Origin: Verrucomicrobiales bacterium
Lineage (GTDB): Bacteria; Verrucomicrobiota; Verrucomicrobiia; Verrucomicrobiales; SLCJ01
Direction of reading: 5' to 3'
Assembly: GCA_046075565.1 (NCBI GenBank)
Contig: JBJTQJ010000089.1
Location: 1 to 18,522 of the forward strand
Length of the DNA stretch: 18,522 bases
The translations under genes were made by a program, and so were the position numbers. Positions 14,393 to 18,522 of the stretch are shown one piece after another. Within the stretch, counting starts at the first letter, position 1; each line of letters starts with the position of its first letter. The notes under the pieces are model-generated. The model made no database searches. It was not told the DNA's origin and saw nothing but the letters and a program-made list of their open reading frames with translations.

Positions 14393-15613
14393 TCACACGA
14401 TCCACCATGTGGCAAGGCCGAGGAAAGTGCCCATGCTGACGACATCGGTGGCGGTGGTGAGGAAGATGCTGGAGGCGGCAGCGGGATCGGCCCCGCAGCG
14501 GCGCAGGATTAGCGGGATCATCACGCCGGCGACGCCGGAAACAACACAACTCAGGGTCATCGCAGCGACCACGACCAAACCGAGCAAAGCCGCCGATGGA
14601 TTCCCCTGGCGCGACGCCTGCAACATCATGGCCGCGCCCGCCACGATTCCCACGAGCAGTCCGTTGAGCAATCCGAGCATGGCCTCTTTCATGAGCACCT
14701 TCTTTTCCTCTCCGGAACGGACATCCCCGAGAGTGAGGGCGCGCAGGCAGACGGCAAGGGATTGGCAACCGGTGTTTCCGCTTTGCCCGGAGAGAACGGG
14801 CAGGAAAACTGCAAGCAAGACGACTTTCGCCAAGGTCTCCTCGAAATACCCCACCACCGCCGCGGCCACGAAGGCGGTGAGGAGATTGAACTGGAGCCAG
14901 GGATGCCGCAGGCGGAAACTGCGCCAGAATGGCGTGGAGACACGTTCCTCGTTGTCCACCCCGACCATGCTTCCCGCCTGGGCGGACAACTCGATGGCCC
15001 GGGCTTCGAAGAGGTTTTGTCCCCGGACCAGTCCTAACAAACACCCGTTCTCATCACAGACCGGATAAACGGGAAAATGGCGGTTCAAGGTCGCGCGCAT
15101 GGCCTCGGTGAGTTCCATCTCCGGGCGCAAGGAAAAGATCCCGGTTTGCATCACCTTGTCGAGACGCTCGCCCGGCTCGGCGAGCAGGAGATCGCGCATC
15201 ACGAGGATGCCGATGAGCCGGTTGGAGGTATCGGTGACGTAGCCGTAGGTGACGAGTGTTTTCTTCGTCAGCTTGCGCAGGATTTCCACGGCCCCGGAGA
15301 CGGTCATTTCGGGACGGAAAACCGCCGCCGGTGCGACCATGAGCCAGCCAACACTGTCTTCAGGATAGGAAAGGTTGCGAGTCCATTGACCGGCTTGCGC
15401 TGGAGTGGCGGCGGCAAGCCAGAGATCACGGACGGATGGCTCCACTTCGTCGAGGATCTGCTGGGCCACCATCGGATTCAGGGCGGCGAGCGCAGCCACA
15501 ACCGCGGCGGGTTCCCTTTCCGACAGCCAATCGGCGGCATCCGCCGGAGCGCGGTGGGCGGCCTCGGCAGCGAGGTCGGACGTCGGATCGCTGGCGGGGG
15601 GGGCGGGATCCAT
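14393..15613 (-). CDS. mgtE: Magnesium transporter MgtE
   Basis: Short N domain, YPEDSVGWLM, CBS pair, R.PWL..NL, PVLSGQSGNTGCQS, and DPAAASSIFLTTATDV (conserved pore Asp). Confidence 0.95.
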   Translation of the reverse strand: MDPAPPASDPTSDLAAEAAHRAPADAADWLSEREPAAVVAALAALNPMVAQQILDEVEPSVRDLWLAAATPAQAGQWTRNLSYPEDSVGWLMVAPAAVFRPEMTVSGAVEILRKLTKKTLVTYGYVTDTSNRLIGILVMRDLLLAEPGERLDKVMQTGIFSLRPEMELTEAMRATLNRHFPVYPVCDENGCLLGLVRGQNLFEARAIELSAQAGSMVGVDNEERVSTPFWRSFRLRHPWLQFNLLTAFVAAAVVGYFEETLAKVVLLAVFLPVLSGQSGNTGCQSLAVCLRALTLGDVRSGEEKKVLMKEAMLGLLNGLLVGIVAGAAMMLQASRQGNPSAALLGLVVVAAMTLSCVVSGVAGVMIPLILRRCGADPAAASSIFLTTATDVVSMGTFLGLATWWIV

Positions 15614-15643
15614 GGTGGTGGAAAATTTTGACGCTTGGGATCG

Positions 15644-16540
15644 TTAGAACTTCACGCCCGGTTCGATCAAGTGGCCGAGGTAATCCTTGAGAAGCGGATT
15701 CCGCGTCGCATCGATGCAGGCACGCAGGCCGTCGGCATCGATGAATCCCTTGTTGAAGGCGATTTCCTCGAGGCATGCGACCTGCAGGTTTTGTTGTTTC
15801 TGCACCGTGGCGATGAAGTGGGATGCTTCCAACATGCTCATGGGCGTGCCAGTATCGAGCCAGGCGATGCCGCGGCCTAGCAATTCGACGACCAATTTGC
15901 CATCGGCGAGGTAGTCGCGGTTGAGGTCGGTGATTTCAAGTTCGCCCCGTGCCGATGGTTTCAAGTCGCGTGCGCGCTTCACCACCGAAGCATCATAGAC
16001 ATAAAGCCCCGGGACAGCGTAACCGCTCTTCGGCTGTTTGGGTTTTTCCTCAATGCTGAGCACCCGGCCGCTGGCGTCGAATTCCACCACCCCGAATCGT
16101 TCGGGGTCGGGCACGTGGTAGCCGAAGACACAGGCCCCGCCTTCGCTGCCGACGCGATTCAGGGCATTGCGGAAGAAATCGAGTTTTCCGTAAAAGAGAT
16201 TGTCGCCCAGAATCAGGCTGGTCACCCCGGCGTCGGCCAGGAACCCGGCATCCTCGGCGATATGGAATGCCTGGGCGATACCCACCGGAGCGGCCTGCTC
16301 GGCGTAGGAAATTTTCAAACCCAGCAGCGAGCCATCGCCGAGAAGTTGCACGAACATCGGCAGGTCTTTCGGCGTCGAAATGAGAAGAATTTCCCGGATC
16401 CCTCCCAGCATGAGGGTGGCCAGAGGATAATAGACCATCGGCTTGTCGTAGATTGGCAGCAGTTGTTTGCAGGCCACACGAGTGAGCGGGTCGAGCCGCG
16501 AACCCGCTCCTCCCGCCAGAATGATTGCTTTCGATTTCAT
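15644..16540 (-). CDS. rfbA: Glucose-1-phosphate thymidylyltransferase
   Basis: [14 protein letters not shown]...[37 protein letters not shown]. Start taken at ATG 16540 (298 aa). Confidence 0.96.
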   Translation of the reverse strand: MKSKAIILAGGAGSRLDPLTRVACKQLLPIYDKPMVYYPLATLMLGGIREILLISTPKDLPMFVQLLGDGSLLGLKISYAEQAAPVGIAQAFHIAEDAGFLADAGVTSLILGDNLFYGKLDFFRNALNRVGSEGGACVFGYHVPDPERFGVVEFDASGRVLSIEEKPKQPKSGYAVPGLYVYDASVVKRARDLKPSARGELEITDLNRDYLADGKLVVELLGRGIAWLDTGTPMSMLEASHFIATVQKQQNLQVACLEEIAFNKGFIDADGLRACIDATRNPLLKDYLGHLIEPGVKF

Positions 16541-16547
16541 GGCGCCA

Positions 16548-16576
16548 AGATTCGGCTCATTCCCCCGGCCTCTCAA
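16548..16576 (-). promoter_or_regulatory. Putative leaderless promoter of rfbA
   Basis: TTGAGA(16576-16571)-N17-GAATCT(16553-16548)-N7-ATG. Confidence 0.4.
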
Positions 16577-16694
16577 CCCCGAATCCTTCCGCCGCAGGAT
16601 AGTCAAATTTCAGAATCTGCCGCGAATTTTCTCTTGTTTTGGAAATTATAACTTATTCCTTGCGTATTATGGATATTATGGGAGAGTTATCCCC

Positions 16695-17087
16695 ATGAGG
16701 ACGCTACGTCCATCTTTCCGGCCTCTCAGGCCAGTGGGCATGACCCTGCTCGAGATCACCGTGGTGATTACGGTGATACTGTCGCTGATCGCGGTTCTGT
16801 TCATCGGAGCGAGGGCTTGGAAGGCTGGCTCCGACCGCTCGACTTGCTTGGTCAATATCCGCAATGTTCAACTGGCGGCACGTTCATATCAAAATATGTA
16901 TGCCATCAATTTGGGAGCGGAATTCAACAACACGATGATTATCGGTGCCAATTCATTTATCCCGCAGGCACCGAGCTGTCCAGCAGAAGGAGCCTACACC
17001 TTTGCCACGACGTTCCCGGCCACAGGAACACTGTTTATGACGTGCAACGTGGAAGGCCACGAACCGCCGGGTCACGGCGGCTGGTGA
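16695..17087 (+). CDS. Type IV pilin / pseudopilin-like protein (130 aa; class III signal peptide)
   Basis: Basic 15-aa leader MRTLRPSFRPLRPVG, cleavage motif G|MTLLE with Glu5, and a hydrophobic helix. Start taken at ATG 16695. Confidence 0.9.
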   Translation: MRTLRPSFRPLRPVGMTLLEITVVITVILSLIAVLFIGARAWKAGSDRSTCLVNIRNVQLAARSYQNMYAINLGAEFNNTMIIGANSFIPQAPSCPAEGAYTFATTFPATGTLFMTCNVEGHEPPGHGGW

Positions 17088-17091
17088 GGCG

Positions 17092-17113
17092 CGAGGACGC
17101 CTGCCCGTCCCCG
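17092..17113. terminator. Possible hairpin between the convergent pilin and Dabb genes
   Basis: CG-a-GGACG-cctgcc-CGTCC-c-CG followed by ggTTTCT; weak. Confidence 0.3.
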
Positions 17114-17126
17114 GGTTTCTGGCTCT

Positions 17127-17435
17127 TCAGGCCAAGTGGTCAAAATCGTAAACCCGCACTTGGGCCCAGATTTCCCGCGACTTCGCGATAAAATCATGAT
17201 GCTCGGCCGCGTCTTGATAGAAATCGTGGGCCGCCAGATCGTCAAAATCGAGTTCGAGCGCGTAGTCGTAGGAATGATCGACCACGGGTCTTTGTTCGGT
17301 GGTCGACGGTTTTCCGATGATGGCCCGCGTGCTGCCAGGAATGCGGAGGAGAACGCGCAGGTCGGACTCGAATTGCGCCCGGCGTTCGGGGGTGGTCTCG
17401 GGTTTCAGCCAGAAGAGGACGGTGTGGGTAAGCAT
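17127..17435 (-). CDS. Dabb family (stress-responsive A/B barrel) protein, 102 aa
   Basis: MLTHTVLFWLK...IP...SYDYALELDFDDLAAHDFYQDAAEHHDFI...VYDF matches the Dabb pattern (H.V.F, F.....Y....H). Confidence 0.9.
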   Translation of the reverse strand: MLTHTVLFWLKPETTPERRAQFESDLRVLLRIPGSTRAIIGKPSTTEQRPVVDHSYDYALELDFDDLAAHDFYQDAAEHHDFIAKSREIWAQVRVYDFDHLA

Positions 17436-17506
17436 AAGGAGAGAAATACGCAGTAGAGATTGGCGGATCAAGCGGGAATGCAGTGCGTGAGCGGCTTGAA
17501 CCGGTA

Positions 17507-17528
17507 ATTTTCAAAAGTTTCTGAAAAT
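17507..17528. promoter_or_regulatory. Palindrome (candidate operator) between divergent genes
   Basis: ATTTTCA-aaagtttc-TGAAAAT; 9 of 11 positions pair. Confidence 0.5.
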
Positions 17529-17538
17529 CCGTTTTAGA

Positions 17539-17567
17539 TTGACATCCGTAAAGTGGTATGACAGATT
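17539..17567 (+). promoter_or_regulatory. Putative sigma70 promoter of the polyprenyl synthase gene
   Basis: Perfect TTGACA(17539-17544)-N17-CAGATT(17562-17567), preceded by TGa. Confidence 0.6.
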
Positions 17568-17608
17568 CACCTCGAAGCCGGGATGCCCGGTTTCAGACCC
17601 CCACTGCC

Positions 17609-18522
17609 ATGAAAACCATCGGTCCAGCCGCCACCGCCCAGCCCTTTCCTTTCGAACTAGTCGCCGCGCGTTTGGCCGAAGTCGAGGTCGCCATCCGCGA
17701 GCAGGCCGGCTTGTTTGAACCGGAGGTCCAAGGTTATGTCGATTACATCGTCAAGACGAGCGGAAAACGTATCCGTCCAGCACTCGCCATTTTGACGGGC
17801 GAAGCCTTGGAAAACTACCACGATGGCCACCTTCGCCTGGGGGTGGTTTTGGAGTTGATCCACATGGCCAGCCTCGTCCATGACGACATCATCGATGGGG
17901 CCGACGTGCGGCGGGCCCAGGTTACCGCCAACAGCAAATGGGGCAACGCCCTCAGCGTGCTCTTCGGCGACGCCCTGTTCGCCCATGCCATGACGGAGGC
18001 CACCATGTTCGACGACCTGCACGTTTGCCGCCGCATCGGGCAAGCCGCCCGGGAAGTTTGCGAGGGAGAAGTCATTCAAACCCAACGCCGTTTCGACCTC
18101 GGCCTGAGCCGCAAGGACTACTTCCGCATCATCGAAATGAAGACGGGCGCCCTGTTTGCCTCCGCCACCGAACTGGCCGGATACCTCGGAGGAGCGGGCG
18201 AGGATGCTTGCGCCAGACTCCGTGGTTTCGGCCTCAAACTCGGCACGGCCTACCAGGTCTACGACGATTGTATTGATTTGGTCGGTCAGGAATCCGCCAT
18301 CGGCAAAACACTGGGCACCGATCTCAAGAAAGGTAAACTCACCCTGCCCATCCTCAACTTGCTTGATTCGGCCACGGAAGCACAGCGCTCGCGTCTGAAC
18401 CGCATGCTCGTGCAACAGGAACCCATCGACCTCGGCGTGCTTGCCGGTATCGCCGACTACGCCGGAGCCATCGAGGCCGCCGTGCAAACCGGTCGTGGAC
18501 TTCTCGTGCAGGCCCGGGAAGA
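17609..18522 (+). CDS. Long-chain trans-polyprenyl diphosphate synthase (IspB/HepT-like); 3' end runs off the window
   Basis: Not in the ORF track; translated by hand: MKTIGP...SGKRIRP...ELIHMASLVHDDIIDGADVRR...GDALF...GEVIQ...KTGALF...AYQVYDDCID...GKTLGTDLKKGKLTLP. Ala and Ser at -5 and -4 before the first DDxxD indicate a long-chain product. An in-frame upstream ATG exists at 17558. Confidence 0.93.
   Translation, partial: MKTIGPAATAQPFPFELVAARLAEVEVAIREQAGLFEPEVQGYVDYIVKTSGKRIRPALAILTGEALENYHDGHLRLGVVLELIHMASLVHDDIIDGADVRRAQVTANSKWGNALSVLFGDALFAHAMTEATMFDDLHVCRRIGQAAREVCEGEVIQTQRRFDLGLSRKDYFRIIEMKTGALFASATELAGYLGGAGEDACARLRGFGLKLGTAYQVYDDCIDLVGQESAIGKTLGTDLKKGKLTLPILNLLDSATEAQRSRLNRMLVQQEPIDLGVLAGIADYAGAIEAAVQTGRGLLVQARE

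Noticed and set aside
15614-15643. M-box (ykoK) riboswitch upstream of mgtE
   Set aside because: The intergenic gap is only 30 nt.
17657-18487. 276-aa minus-strand ORF
   Set aside because: Antisense shadow of the polyprenyl synthase, which has both DDxxD motifs on the plus strand.
1-18522. CRISPR array, tRNA/rRNA, IS element, prophage or defence genes, frameshifted pseudogenes
   Set aside because: All intergenic gaps are under ~175 nt with no regularly spaced repeats or cloverleaf, no transposase, integrase or phage motifs were seen, and all CDSs read through intact.

Overview
GC-rich bacterial chromosomal window, most likely Verrucomicrobiota (inferred from the SHD1/DUF6288-type exported protein, the pilin family and the SD-poor start contexts). 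It carries 16 CDSs. Left to right: partial fabG (-); a divergent Zn-ribbon/TPM-domain gene; panB followed by a 2-oxoacid dehydrogenase E1alpha/E1beta/E2 operon with no E3; a Tat-signal S11 DD-peptidase; a divergent pair made of a fused membrane/spermidine-synthase-like gene (-) and a ~990-aa exported SHD1-PDZ-DUF6288-HEAT protein (+); a GH29 alpha-L-fucosidase and a Tat-signal SGNH esterase (-); mgtE and rfbA (-); an orphan type IV pilin-like gene; a Dabb gene (-); and a partial long-chain polyprenyl diphosphate synthase. I see no rRNA, tRNA, CRISPR array or transposase. The most unusual signals are: (1) an 18-19-bp direct repeat bracketing the 5.9-kb two-gene accessory pair; (2) a pilin whose Cys3His spacing matches the Zn site of C. 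difficile PilJ; (3) a 14-bp direct repeat with a 21-bp period just upstream of the panB promoter; (4) a symmetric bidirectional promoter at fabG; and (5) SD-less starts with CC-ATG contexts, candidate leaderless promoters and recurring ATGA-overlapping mini-ORFs. All domain calls come from motif recognition by eye; no database searches were run.
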